Positions 24,832 through 37,156 of a stretch of 64,000 bases of DNA are shown here, piece after piece. The stretch comes from Elsinoe ampelina (lineage: Eukaryota), in NCBI GenBank assembly GCA_010093995.1, contig ML992506.1, positions 789,196 to 853,195 of the forward strand, read 5' to 3'. Each line of letters begins with the position of its first letter. The stretch's first letter is position 1. Position numbers and translations under genes: made by a program. Below the pieces are notes generated by a model. It saw only the letters and a program-made list of their open reading frames with translations. It was not told the origin of the DNA and did no database searches.

Positions 24832-25733
24832 GGAGAGCGTGGAGCAAGAGTTGGATGCGGGGAGGAAGGGAGGGGAGGAAGGGAAGGGAGTAGAGGCGAG
24901 GAGTCCGGGGAGGATCAAGAAGAGGAGGAAGAGGCGAAGTGATGGAGGCTAGAGTTGGAACGCGACGTGTACATGATCTCTCGCTTATCTCTTGTAACTT
25001 TTTTTTTCTTTGGTTGTAGCATTGGAGTTGGACCTCTTTGCTTGTTCTGGATATGGGGAAGGGATGATATACACTGGCTTGTTGGAACACTCGTTCAGGG
25101 ACATATTGCTTGGGAATATCATCCGGCACACCGATTGAGTGGTGATGGGATGTAGTCGATATGTATCTACCGCTGTGATGGAACGGGAGTATTGATATCT
25201 TGAAGTGGGATTGCTTGCTGTGATGGTCCTTTGTGACTTGTGCTGTGACGATCCATTGTATCTGTGACGTGAACAAACTGTCTCCTGGACAGTTCTATGG
25301 TGCTGAGTCTGCAACCCGTGGACATCGCCCTCATCCATCATGCATGGATCATCCGTCTCGCACGTCCTATCATACTCCGTTTACCCACATGCGCAGGACG
25401 TTCGACCGCTCGATAGTGAAGACCAGAGACACTGGTAAAGAAATTCTGTTCTTTTGATGACTACCACTGCTGGCGCTAACACTGCTTCTGATACCGCTAC
25501 TCTTCTATCGCTACCGAGGAAAGGTATACTGATCCTACCTCGTCCGCCTCAAAGACACTTTTCCACCCTTCGCCTCGACCCCGACCTCACCCAAAACTCA
25601 CAAACGAAGGCACAGGACTCCGCACCAACCTTTTGCCGACCCTTCCCACTGAATCGTGCTTTTCCTGTTCGCCTCCCAAGCCGTGCCGTCCCCTGGGCAC
25701 TTTACTTGATATGTGCATCCTGTTCTGAGAATG

Positions 25734-26288
25734 CTACTCCTTATTCTGATCGTCCGCATCCCTACTGCTCGCCACATGCTCGTGCCATTTTGCTGCAATC
25801 ATGTTCTTCGGTTGAGACATGTCCATTGATCTATGCCTGCGACGGCGACGAGGATGCAGTCGGATCTTCTTTGGCGATGGTGGGGGTGGCGGCGGTGCGT
25901 GAAATGTGAATGTTGCAGTGTGGGTGTCTGGCTCGGAACCTGATAATGTTGCTGTCGTGGATGAGGGCACTAGAGGCTGCTCAAGTGGAAGATCCGAGGT
26001 CAAATCCGATTGCCCTGACTGCACGTGTTCCTCGGTTATGCTGGGTATAGTCCTTGCCGGCCCGGTGGGAAGGAGCTCTTCGGTCTCAGGCCAGTGTATC
26101 ATTGTCGCCAGGTCGCCCTCATCGCTTTCCTCGACATCCCCTGACTCAGGGGTTCTTATGGATTCCGAATCCAGCAGTGTGTTGGTGCCTAGAAGGAGAT
26201 GCTCGAATGTATCGCGAGTAGAACTCCACATATCCCTCTTTGGCCGCGGCCAGCCATCTCCGAGTTCGACCAACGAGTCAAGTGCCAT
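25734..26288 (-). CDS. Hypothetical protein (unsupported ORF, in frame with the NUP133 stop)
   Basis: 184-aa ATG ORF, acidic and low-complexity, no recognisable domain. Confidence 0.25.
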   Translation of the reverse strand: MALDSLVELGDGWPRPKRDMWSSTRDTFEHLLLGTNTLLDSESIRTPESGDVEESDEGDLATMIHWPETEELLPTGPARTIPSITEEHVQSGQSDLTSDLPLEQPLVPSSTTATLSGSEPDTHTATFTFHAPPPPPPSPKKIRLHPRRRRRHRSMDMSQPKNMIAAKWHEHVASSRDADDQNKE

Positions 26289-26384
26289 TTCACAGTCACG
26301 CCCTCTGGGCCGCAGTCCACCATCTCTCCTCGCACGATCCTCCTCTCTGCCGGGAGCTTCCGCAAGATGGTCTTCAATGTCCGA

Positions 26385-29300
26385 CTAAGACATATCGACA
26401 TCCCCCTCCGCATCTCGCCCAGAAGTGCTCCTAAGCAGCCTCTTGCTCTTCCTCGCACCGGGAAACCCTTCATTCTCCTTACCCATATTCTTTGACTTCT
26501 CCTTGATGCCATTCGTGCCGTTGACCTTTGACTTCCTGGTCTTTCTATCCTCAGTCGTTTCGACCACTGGCTCTTGCACTTCTTCTTCGTACTCTTCCTG
26601 ATAGTCGTCCCCCTCGATCATATCTCCCTCCAACTCATCAAGGCTGTCGTCTAGACCGTTCTCGAGGATCTCGCCGTTGAGATTGCCATCGCTGAGCAGG
26701 AGACCGTCGCCGTTCGCGTCAGCCTCGAAGCCATTCTGGGATGACTGTTCGACTGCCAAGCGATACTCAGCTTCTTCATCCGCGAGCTTCTTCGCCTCGG
26801 TGACAGCTACATCAACCCACTTCTGCAACTGATGCTTGTCGAGAAGCTGGCGAAGAGCTTTATCTTGAGCGGCATTGTCTTGTACGATAGGATTGCGGAT
26901 GTCAGCATCCGGGAATTGTGCAGCTAGGTCTTCTGATGCAGATCCAGCACCAATACACTCTTCAGCCTTGAGAATGGTGATGACGGAGTCAATTGAGAAG
27001 ACTGGACAGGTCAGTAAACTGTCTACACGAGGGCTGAATAGAAAGAACACCTACCATCAGCAAGCCCGAGAGCAATAGTCGAGCAAGTATTAGTCTCCCG
27101 AACACGTTGAACAATCTTCTCATCGCTACGTCCCTTTGTCTTGCTGATCAGATCCCAGTCGTCCTGAAGGAAGCAACGTTTCCAGATCAGACGAACCAGC
27201 ATCTGGAAGCGTTCGTGAGACAAGCTCGACCGGGATGTCCGCAGGACCTGGAAGGCAAGCAGGAATTCGTGACCGGCAATATCCGCGTCAGCATCGGCAG
27301 AAGGTACGGAGTCCATCAGGGTGAGAACATCGATGATTTCGTCGACAGATAGCGCGACATGGTTGAGTAGATTGTCAAAGTTGCGTTCGAGAAGCTGGAA
27401 CAGATTGGGGTATGGTTGGCGGATATTGACCGAGTATGCATCCGAGACAAGCTGGACTTCAGCCTCGTGGTCGACTGCAGTAGCCACTACAGGTTTGAGG
27501 TGGGCGTAGATGGCTTCCTGGATTCGGATGAGACTTAGATCCTGGTTGATGCTGTCAACCACAACATCGTTCGCAGGCGTCGAACCACTTTCGAGAGCAG
27601 CCAGTGTTGTCAACTTGGCAAGAGATAGCTCAACCTTTTTGTTCCAGACCTTCCTCTCGTGCTCCTTGGCCAGATTGTGCAGAGCTGATTGCGCTTGAGT
27701 CAGATCACCAGTATTGAGGACTTCATTGATCCAGCCAAGCTTGCCTCTGGAGCCTTCTGCTCGAAGATACTTGGTTAACGGCTCCTTGAACATGGCTCCT
27801 TCGGTCTGATCGATCAGCAGACCGTAGCTATGCTGGCCAGCAAGATGCGCATCAAAGTATCTGTTGGCAAAGTCGTCTCCATGATCGCGGAAGAAGCCCT
27901 TGATCTTCTTGGTAAGCCCATCCATGCGGTTGAGGATGATCTTCCTTTCTCCAGCATCGACATCTGGCGCCACACGCATCTCGGTCAGATAGGCCGTTTC
28001 GCTCATGACCAGGGTGACAAGATTGTCCATATCCTTGTACTTCTCCGCAACATCAAGACCTGCTGCAGCTTGCCCGATCCGCATCAAGCCCTTCAGATGA
28101 TGCTCGCGAGACCGCCCGAACTTTTCAATCAGACCAGGCGCATACTTGCGGTGCTTCTCGGAATAATGCGCGGAACACCATGCTATGCGCTCCTGGTAAC
28201 ACTTGCAGAGTATCTCGACCAATTCCGGGTTGCCCTTAACCACCTTTGTGACGAAGTGGTCGTCGTAGTCAACATGGTCGTCTTCATGGGCGTCGTAGAA
28301 ATGTATCGCAAAATTTCGCGCATTGTCGACGTGCTGATCAAATCCATTGAGCAATTCATGTGTTGCAGTCCATGGCTCGGGCAGATCCTCCCACCCTTCT
28401 TCGAGGACACCATCGATGATAATTGCTGGATTGATGTCGTATGCTTCGGCATGCACATAACGGAATTCGAAGACCGTTTTGAAGATGATCGAAACGATGT
28501 CGTCGCATTCGCTGAGCATTTTGATTACATTGTCGAGCTTGTTGTTGGCGCATACACTCTTGCTGATTGAGAACACGTGAGTCACAAGGCGATCGAGCTG
28601 ATGCAAGCCGTGTGTAAACCAGTCACGAATCTCGTCTGGGTCCGAAGTCTTCTTGGAGCTTCCGTCACTTTTGCCACCTGGAGTCCGCAGTATCTTGATG
28701 ACCACAGGTAGGACGGACTGTTGAAGACGCGCATCTAATCCCAGACTGTGATTCCACTGTTCAAAAAGCGCGGCTCCAGCTTTCAACTTTTCACTGTCGT
28801 TGAGCAATCTCCAGCATGTGGGTTTCGAGATAGGACCAAAGTGACGGCGAATGTATCCTATAAGAGTCAACGCCAATCGTTGTCGAGTTTGGATTTGCTC
28901 CGAGACGGTCGAGAAAGATATCGATAGGAAAGGCGAAGCAGATGCTAGTAGCTCTTCACTGATTCGAAGAGCCGCTTCCTCCACCTCATCCTGAGAGTAT
29001 GCATCGCGGTCGATGTGTTGGAAATCGATCACACTATGACCCTGAGCTCCATAATAGATCGCTTGCTCGATCCGCGATTTGACCGGTATCTTGACTTCTG
29101 AGCTAGCACTGGAGTCGCTCACAGCCAGTCGCGCTACACCTGCGCCTTTGATGAAGAGCATGCAATTGGACTGCTTTGTTCTGTCGTCGGGTTCCTCGAC
29201 ACTTGCGCTCTCGATGATGGCATGCGAGTCTTTGCGGAAGTGGATGACGTCCTGGAAGAGTTTCGGTGCGCGGTGTGATTCCATAAGCAGCTGTGCTTCA

Positions 29301-30814
29301 GGTCCTGAATTGTCCAGGTCTGCAAGGCCCATCACTGCGACTGCTTGAGGGAAGACGACGACTGCAGAATGTCCAGGTTGTGGCAAAAGCAGTTTCGGGC
29401 TCTCGTCCGGTGTCAGCGCTGAGTACCCTTTGAGCTCGGTCGATCGCTCTATGAAAACCTTTGGCCCATCGATAGTCACTTCGACCAGGTGATATATCGA
29501 CTGCTTTCGCACCAAGAAAACCAGGTCAATGCTTGTCGTCTCCGAAACCAGCGACAGCTCATTTCCGTTCGAGACGATAGGCAAGACGCCAAAGTCTACC
29601 ACGTGCGCTTGGCTGAATTTCGAGCTGGAAGGGGTCGAGTCGAGGCGTCCAAGTTTGGATTGTAGAACTTCCTTGAAGTCATAGGACTCGCGATATGACG
29701 ACTGACCAGACCAAGCAAGGTCCCAGACCTGAATCTGTGCACTCGCCGTAGCAGAAATGACCTGCATTTGTCCCTTTGAGCCTTGGGACCGAGTCCTAAC
29801 ACCCACTAGGTCACGCTTCCAGCCAACTCCCAAGACGCCCCGTAGACTTCCGAAGAGACCACCGTTGTTCCCATCTTTTGACCGCAAGAACTGTGCCTGG
29901 ATCTTCGGCTTTCCTTGTGCGTCGCGCAAATTGATCTGAGCAATACGTCCGGAGCTGAGCGTCAGGATGATGCCAGCATGTTCTGCATCGGTGATAGCAG
30001 TGACCGTCTCGCCTGAGAAGAGACCTCCGATTGACCCTCTGACACCTCCATGCCTGTCCTGGAAAAGGCTGAGAGACTCTGCTGTTTCGATATTCTCCCA
30101 ATACGTGACCTCTCCAGTGGTGGCCGAGACAACCGCCAGACCAACAGATGTGCTCGCACCATTGACTATTAGCTGACCGAGCGGAGCTGGCTCCGAGATT
30201 TTGCTTGGGTTCGGCACGTCAAAGGTTCGCGGTTGCGTGACTGTCGTGGAAGAGGTATAGTCCCAGATGTATGCGTGCTTTCGTGTGACTACCAGCGCGA
30301 GGGAAGGTGAGGATAGCGTGGATCCGTGAAAGTCTGGCTCATTGTCAGCCTGGGGATAGCATGAAAAGAAAGATCGTCGCTCACCACTTTCGCACCTACG
30401 GACTGCCTCGGGAGTACTCGACAGTTGGCGCAGAGAATAGTGCGAGTTCTGAGTCTGTGTCACCACATCAGCTTATATATCATCTTTTGTGTCTCGATTC
30501 CGTACCATCACAAGTCCAGCATCACCTCGAGGAGCTCTCTTCTGCGTCGATTTTTTCGACCTCAGCGGAATATCCAGCGAATCCGCCGGTGTTGCGCTCT
30601 TCCTGCTCCTCGCCTCAACGTGTCCGTTCAACAAGCTCTCATTCGCGAGTGATCCATTGGTGAGCGTGAGCTCGTCGAAGGTCTCGGAGGTGACCTTTGA
30701 CCTCTTCCGTCGTGGTTGATGACCGACGCTGTCGCTATCGAGTCGTTGTCGCCTGCGCGGGTTGCGCGTCGAGACACGCCTGGCGCTCTGGCTCTCGCCG
30801 CTTGCGAGCGACAT
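26385..30814 (-). CDS. NUP133: Nucleoporin Nup133
   Basis: N-terminal RNPRRRQR, beta-propeller region (VTYWENI, LSSGRIAQI), helical C-terminal region (WINEV, KKVELSLAKL, IWKRCFLQDDW). Introns 30505-30455, 30384-30334, 27054-27002. Confidence 0.9.
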
Positions 30815-31248
30815 TGTGGAAAGGTTTGGGCGCTCTGATGGATGGCGCGAGGGTGTGCACGCTGGTGCGTGATGTGGAAGCTTTGTTTAGAGGTTGCGGT
30901 GTTAGAGAAGCTTTCTCCGTCTTCACCTTCGGCTGCGCTTGCCCGATTGAGGTGAATGCCCGTTTTTGTGCCTGAGGCAGGAATGTCGATACCCATCGTG
31001 CCATGCAGTATGTCAACAACGACGGTCAATGGAAGTGAGGGTGGCCTTTGAGCAGTAACGTTGGGACTGTTGCGAGATAATCGTGACGTGTAAAGTCGAT
31101 AGCATTAGGTCGTCGGCTCAACTGCGAGCCTTTGGTTCTATATAACAATTTCCCACCCTATGCACCATCCATGACCCAGTCATCTCGTTGCTCTCGATCA
31201 TCAGATCGACCCTATCTATGCTGTACAAGTGGTTCTCTCTCTTCCCTC

Positions 31249-32335
31249 CTAAAGCTGCACATCGTTGTTCAGCAATCTCACCTCCTCCCCTGGTTTGAAA
31301 GCAGGCATGCCAATGTAAGGGCAGCCATCACACCTGAAGGCGTCTCCAAGTGCGCAGTTGCCACAACTACCGACCTTTCCTTGCACCGTAAAGTCCACCT
31401 CCGTCAGATCATCGGCGCCCAGCTTGAGTGACTGCAGCCCCTTATCGGCAGCCGCCCGCTTCGCCGCATCCTCTGCCTCGATCTTTTCCTTGAGTCCACA
31501 AGAGCAGTCCTTGCACGCTCTCCGTCGCTTGCCATTCGGCTTGCATGCCTCGGCTGTGACACATTAGTCTCCTATCTCTCCAAGCCAGACCTCAATACCC
31601 ACGAATAATCACCGGTTTCATCCTATCCTCCTCCGTCAACAACGAATCCGGATCAATCATGTCCCCCTCCAACAGCTCCTCCTTACTCGGAATCTCCATC
31701 TCATCCCACTCATCCTCCAAACCATCCCCCATATCAAACCCCACCCCTGCCGGCGCCGCTCTCTTCACCCCCTGCCCTTGTGTCTGCCCCGTATTCCCCG
31801 CCTCCACCCCATTCGCCGGCACGGCAGCAGCATTACTCCTCTCCTTCTTCTTCCCAAAACTCAGCTTCACCGTCCCCGCAGCCTGCACAGGCTTCACCGC
31901 CCCCTCCTCCCCCACCTCCAACCCCGCCAACACCGCCTCTGTCCTCTCTTTCCCTGGACTCCTTGCGAAACCCCCGTCCTGACTCTTGACCGCTCCACCG
32001 GGCTTCAGCGATCGTACCACCCGTCCCAGCACTTCTCTCTGTAAGAGGGACTGGCTCTCGCCTCGCGTGCCGTCCGCGTCACTGAGGAGTAGCACGAGAT
32101 CGTATGTCGATTCGGGCAGGGAGACAAGGCCGAGCGCGAGGCGGTCGAGCATTTGAATATCTGTATTCGAGCGGTCGTGTGCAGCGAGGAGAGAGTTGAG
32201 GATTTCCGGATGCGAGGAGAGGGAGGGCGGGGAGAGGAGGAGGGTGCGTTGCGTTTGCTGAGGGGAGCCATTCTGTTTCGTCGCGCGGGGGAGGACGATG
32301 TCGTCGCTTGGATCAATGAGGAGTGAGGGCGCCAT
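31249..32335 (-). CDS. DRE2: Fe-S cluster assembly protein Dre2/anamorsin
   Basis: [15 protein letters not shown], then after intron 31602-31554 [17 protein letters not shown] and [31 protein letters not shown]. Confidence 0.95.
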
Positions 32336-32694
32336 GGTGCTGTGGTTGTGTTTGCAAATTTGCTGGTTTGGAGAGGGGAGGATGAAGAGCTGGGTGAAGC
32401 GTGATAAGGGAGAGCGGCTATTGGTCGCTGAGTAATTCTTTGGTATGACGAACGGCGCCCACCGCGGAGACCCTGGCGTGAGAGTGCCAAGTCCGATCGC
32501 GGGATGCCCGGGAAGGGCTCAGGTTTTTGCTTCCAGGCAGGGCTCAGAAGTCCGGGCTGCGGAAATGGTCACTCATTACTGCACAGCAAAGAAGGTGAAC
32601 GACAATACAGATATGTACAGAATGGTATCCTCGCCACATTAGCCGCGTGTACCCGTCATGCCATGCCAAATCATTACAAAAGTCGTACCAAGAC

Positions 32695-35172
32695 TCACTC
32701 TCCCTCCTGGTGTTCATAAATCATATCAACCTGTTTCACGGGATGCAGCAACATGGTAGGCAAACACATCCTACCTTCTCCGGCTTTCTCCTCTTGCTCA
32801 CCCCCATCGCCATCGACCTTGTACCCCAACCACCGCTTCCACAAATTACCCGGGAACCCAGCGTGGTAGTACCAGGTCGTCCCAAGGAAGTTGTGCTGTC
32901 TTTCGTCTGAAAAGACACTGGTCCTCGCACCTCCAGCTGCGCCGTTCCGTCCATTATTGAAGATCGCAGCAAGGTACGATGTCGGCCAGCGACGGTCGAT
33001 GTAGACTGGATGAGGAGCGTACACCGCTTTTAGCCCGTGATGCAAGGCGCAACTGCCCGGCCACATTTCGCTGAACATGGAATGGCGCTTGAGGGCTGTC
33101 TCACGATGCATCACATCCAAAAGACGTCGACTGAGTCGAGATGCGGTGACGATTGCGGTCCGTCGCGGTGGAAAGCCCCCGGTGGTGTTGTAGCCGGTGA
33201 CATCCTCGTTCAGGATCCAATTCGTCTTGTCAGGGTCGAACAGCGGATTGAGCGTGATAAAGTCGGCGTCTTCGCCAACTCCCCAGCTGTACTTGTCCTC
33301 GGCATACTCGGTAGGTGGCTTCGGATCTTTCTCGACCTCAAAATGCTCTTCATCATTCTGTGGCCTCAGCGGACCCCAGATTGGGGTTTCAGGCCTGTTG
33401 TCTTCAGCATCATCAGGGTGCTTCGGATCCTTGGCCATCTTGTGATACATATTCCCTCGGTTCCCGGTTCCATGCTCGGTTTGCACGCGGACCATTTGCG
33501 AGAAGTCCTCCCAGGACCCGTGTTCTGTAGGGATGTAAAAGCGGCTGTTTCGCTCCCAAAGTCCTTTCCGAGGCTGCTTCTTCGCCCACGATGCCAACTT
33601 CTCGAACAGCTCGTAGTAGTGGCCGACGTATCGAGCGTCCATCTCCCAGTGCCAGAAGTAGTCGTATTCGGGGTGGTTGTGTGCAAAGTACTGCACGGGC
33701 ATGTAAGTCGATCGATAGACACCATGGACAGGCAGATCGCGGTACATGGACTCTGCGATGCCACCATAGATCAAACCCATCTGCCTCTCAGACCAAAGCG
33801 TGCCCATGCCGCGAAATTCTTGCGGAAGAGCATTATCCACTACTCGCTGATACATCTCGTCGTCGGCCCAAACTTGCAGGTCGTTGTCCTTGACATGTAT
33901 CAGAAAGTGTACCGTATACTCCCCACTAGATTGCAGCGAAAGCTCATTTATCAGCGCCCTTAGGTATATGATATCCTCCTCATCATACTGGTAATCGAAC
34001 CACGTTCGAATCAACACAGCCGTCCGTGGCAATCTCCTGCTGTCATCTGTTGTCGCGCCACCCACGTCTCGCTCCTCGATCTGCTCTTTCTCCAGCCCCC
34101 GATCATCGATTCTCTTCGGTGGGGCCTCAGCAGCCGGCTTCTTCTTCTCCGGCAACTCCCTCGCTGGGCTTCCCTGTGGCATAGTCGAGAAGAAATGGTT
34201 CCTGCTGTTCGAGACCTGCTTTAATCGATTCCTGTTCTTGTAGGCACAACGCGCCTGCGCATCAGCCCAATCCACCTTGCGGTAGTCGATCTCCATCCTG
34301 TCGCCCCAGACGCCCTTCATCGCCTCGTCTCTTCCTTCACCCTCCATTCCTGCCCCTGTCCCGCCATACTTCCTACTGTATCCAAACCCATACGGTCCCA
34401 GTCTCCCATACCGGTCAAAGCAACCCGTGTTCTGCAGCCCAAACATCTCATAGCTCCCCATGACGGGATCCGGCATCCCTTTCGGCACACCATGATGTAT
34501 CTGCAACGGCGGCACCGCGACCTCATCGTCCGCGTCCAAAAAGCACTGCTTCCTCCCTGTCCCCCTCCCCTGCTCGACCGGAACAAATGCATCCGTCTGC
34601 GCCTCCGCCCCTCTCTTCTCCTTCCTCTGACCCTCCTCCTTTCCCCCCTTCTCCCTCCCCCTCCCCTTCCCCTCCTCTCCCTCCCCCTCCACCACCTTCT
34701 TCCCCTCCCTATCCTTCTTCCCCCTCCCAATCTCCAACTCCCTCTCCTTATCAGGGTACTCCGCCCTCATCCCCTCCCTCCCCACCAACGTCCTCACCCC
34801 GCCATGATACCTCTTCAAAAAAGGAAACTCCTCCCACGCAGGCGGCGGCGGCGGCGGCCTCTCCTTCAACCCCAACCTGATCTCCGCTTCCGACAAACTC
34901 TTCTGCCTGACGAGGAACACGACGAAGAACACCAGCGACGACGCCAGCAGCAGGGTGAAGTACCGGCTGAACCGTCGCCGTCGCGTGAGGGACGGGTACG
35001 AGACGGAGAGGAAGCGTTTGCGTCGTTGTTGGTATGGGGGCGAGGCGAGGAGGCCGATGTGTGAGGAGGGAGGTGAGAAGGAGGAGGAGCTGGAGGAGGT
35101 GGAGGAGCGGCCGCGGGTGGTGGGGAGGATGGTGCGGCCGTCGAGGGCGGTGTAGGTGTCGTGTTTGCCCAT
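32695..35172 (-). CDS. DUF3405-family type II membrane protein
   Basis: Single N-terminal TM, CFDRYGRLGPYG, RTAVLIR, LRALINELSL, WHWEMDARYVGH, RLSRRLL, LLHPVK. The ATG at 35172 is preferred over the longer ORF start. Confidence 0.8.
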   Translation of the reverse strand: MGKHDTYTALDGRTILPTTRGRSSTSSSSSSFSPPSSHIGLLASPPYQQRRKRFLSVSYPSLTRRRRFSRYFTLLLASSLVFFVVFLVRQKSLSEAEIRLGLKERPPPPPPAWEEFPFLKRYHGGVRTLVGREGMRAEYPDKERELEIGRGKKDREGKKVVEGEGEEGKGRGREKGGKEEGQRKEKRGAEAQTDAFVPVEQGRGTGRKQCFLDADDEVAVPPLQIHHGVPKGMPDPVMGSYEMFGLQNTGCFDRYGRLGPYGFGYSRKYGGTGAGMEGEGRDEAMKGVWGDRMEIDYRKVDWADAQARCAYKNRNRLKQVSNSRNHFFSTMPQGSPARELPEKKKPAAEAPPKRIDDRGLEKEQIEERDVGGATTDDSRRLPRTAVLIRTWFDYQYDEEDIIYLRALINELSLQSSGEYTVHFLIHVKDNDLQVWADDEMYQRVVDNALPQEFRGMGTLWSERQMGLIYGGIAESMYRDLPVHGVYRSTYMPVQYFAHNHPEYDYFWHWEMDARYVGHYYELFEKLASWAKKQPRKGLWERNSRFYIPTEHGSWEDFSQMVRVQTEHGTGNRGNMYHKMAKDPKHPDDAEDNRPETPIWGPLRPQNDEEHFEVEKDPKPPTEYAEDKYSWGVGEDADFITLNPLFDPDKTNWILNEDVTGYNTTGGFPPRRTAIVTASRLSRRLLDVMHRETALKRHSMFSEMWPGSCALHHGLKAVYAPHPVYIDRRWPTSYLAAIFNNGRNGAAGGARTSVFSDERQHNFLGTTWYYHAGFPGNLWKRWLGYKVDGDGGEQEEKAGEGRMCLPTMLLHPVKQVDMIYEHQEGE

Positions 35173-35581
35173 GGTGAGCGAGGGGTTGGGGGAGCTAGGG
35201 TGTGGGTGGTAGGCGCATGGGGTGGTTGTGGTGGTGTTGGTTTTGAGTGAAGTTGGGGTTTGTTGCGCCTCGGGGTTGGTCAACGGTTTATTAGTAAGAT
35301 GTGCTGGCACGAGATCGTCCGGGGGTGATTGAAAGATACACGAACTCTGAAGGTGGAGAGGGAAATATTGAGCTTCAATGACGGCAGTGTTGGTTCTTGG
35401 TTTCTTGGGATCCTTCTCGTTGCCGTGGTGAGAAGTTGTGGTCGATCATCAGAGGGCTCCACTTTTTTTTGGTCCGCGGTGCCATGTGTTGCAACATGCG
35501 AACGAGGGACACGTGCGCGTATTGAACAATGTGTTTATCTATTCTATCATTTCCACCAGACTCTCTTCGTCAACAAAAGGT

Positions 35582-37156
35582 CTATGAGGCATTGCACAGA
35601 CCAGGCACCCTGTGAGCCCCCTGCCCCACCAATCCATCAAAGTACTCCAACACCTGTTTCAAAGGCACCATATCCATCACCCCCAAAGCAGGACTCGAGC
35701 TCCTCAAGATCTGCCCACCCCAGAGTACCCTCACGAACCACTCCTTCGTCCCCTCGGCGGCCTCCCTGCTGAACAACTCAAACACCACCTCCGCCCCCAT
35801 ACCCGGCCACACCATCCTATCCACCTGCAGGATACTCAACAACCTACTCACACTCCCGTCGTGCGCAACATTGTGTCTGTACTTGACCTTGTCCTCCACG
35901 GTGCTGTTCCCCAGTCCTGCCTTGTTGCGTAACGTGTCAGCCAATTCGGCAATCCAGATACCGTAGCCTGAGACAGCAGCGCGAAGAGTATCGGGTCCTG
36001 CAGCGCGGTAGGTGTAGCTGTATTCCCATTGACCAAGGCGGAAGACAGTGTCGGCTTGTCCTTGCGTGACACAGATGTCGGTGTTGTTGGATGAGCATGG
36101 CAGGGGTAGGGCGTGACAAAGACGGGCAGAGAGATTGTCGTAGTAGTGGTCCCAGGAGACGTGCCATTCTGAAGAGGTCGGAGAGACGCCAGAGAGAGTG
36201 TCAAGTGTAGCGTAGAGGGGGGCTGTGATGTCGAGGTGGGTCTGCCATTGCCCTGTGGTCGCGCCGGATGCGTAGGAGCGATAGAGAGCAGAGGAGGCTG
36301 GGCAGCTGTATGAGGGCTGCAGAGAATCGATAGCAGCTGGCTGGATGAGAAGCGGTACGACGGCAGAAGATAATGCTGGGTATAATCCTGGTATCAAAGA
36401 CGAGGCGACTTGGGAAGTGATCGTGTTCGAGGTCACCCGGAAGGTGGACAACTTGGGCTCATATGTGTCTGGTAAGAAGCCCAGCAGAGTCTTGTAGACA
36501 CTCGCAAGATCCAGCCCGTGTTGATGTGAATCTCGCAAACCCGTGGTCGTGATTTGGGGAAATTGACAGTTCCCGGGAAATCCTGGTGCCCGTAGAGGAT
36601 TTGAGGTACTGTTATAGACTGACCAGTAGGTGGAGGCGGACGTATCTGCAGGGTCAACAGGAAGTGGTGATCCATAGTAGAAGAGACCTTGATCCGAGCA
36701 ATCCCATCCATACGCCTCTACAGGAAAGGTGTTTGCTGCGTATGGCGTTCGTTTGTGGTGCCTATGAATAACCTCGACATACTCCAGAGTGAAGGAAGAG
36801 TTGGCTCGCGGATACTCCTGAGCCCGCACATGAGGCATGTTGCACCAATTATAAGTCGAGTATGGTATCGACTCCGGTGTCTGTGAAGAATTGAAGACAA
36901 AGCCATAGACTCCAGTTCGGTTCAGTATTGTTGACAAGTCATCGATATCTGATTTTGCAGGAGCAGCCCATAGCTTCGACGTCGAATTGACATCCTGTGA
37001 GTGTCCCACGGCTGCCATGGTAGCGATGAGCCATGATCGCGGGCTGGTGGAGAAGCGCATTGTGGCAGTCACCGCGAGTTGGAGGGTGAGGATGAGCAGA
37101 AGGACCAAGAAGATGCTTCTACGTGATGGCAGGACTGTAGATGACCATGGTGGCAT
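35582..37156 (-). CDS. Secreted histidine acid phosphatase (clade 2)
   Basis: RHHKRTP catalytic motif and AHDG acid motif, hydrophobic N-terminus, YNWCNMPH. The start could be the downstream MRFSTS ATG. Confidence 0.88.
   Translation of the reverse strand: MPPWSSTVLPSRRSIFLVLLLILTLQLAVTATMRFSTSPRSWLIATMAAVGHSQDVNSTSKLWAAPAKSDIDDLSTILNRTGVYGFVFNSSQTPESIPYSTYNWCNMPHVRAQEYPRANSSFTLEYVEVIHRHHKRTPYAANTFPVEAYGWDCSDQGLFYYGSPLPVDPADTSASTYWSVYNSTSNPLRAPGFPGNCQFPQITTTGLRDSHQHGLDLASVYKTLLGFLPDTYEPKLSTFRVTSNTITSQVASSLIPGLYPALSSAVVPLLIQPAAIDSLQPSYSCPASSALYRSYASGATTGQWQTHLDITAPLYATLDTLSGVSPTSSEWHVSWDHYYDNLSARLCHALPLPCSSNNTDICVTQGQADTVFRLGQWEYSYTYRAAGPDTLRAAVSGYGIWIAELADTLRNKAGLGNSTVEDKVKYRHNVAHDGSVSRLLSILQVDRMVWPGMGAEVVFELFSREAAEGTKEWFVRVLWGGQILRSSSPALGVMDMVPLKQVLEYFDGLVGQGAHRVPGLCNAS

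Noticed and set aside
23818..24918. 366-aa minus-strand ORF and similar antisense ORFs (33037-33963, 47015-47842, 27830-28570)
   Set aside because: They lie antisense to well-supported genes and are explained by codon bias.
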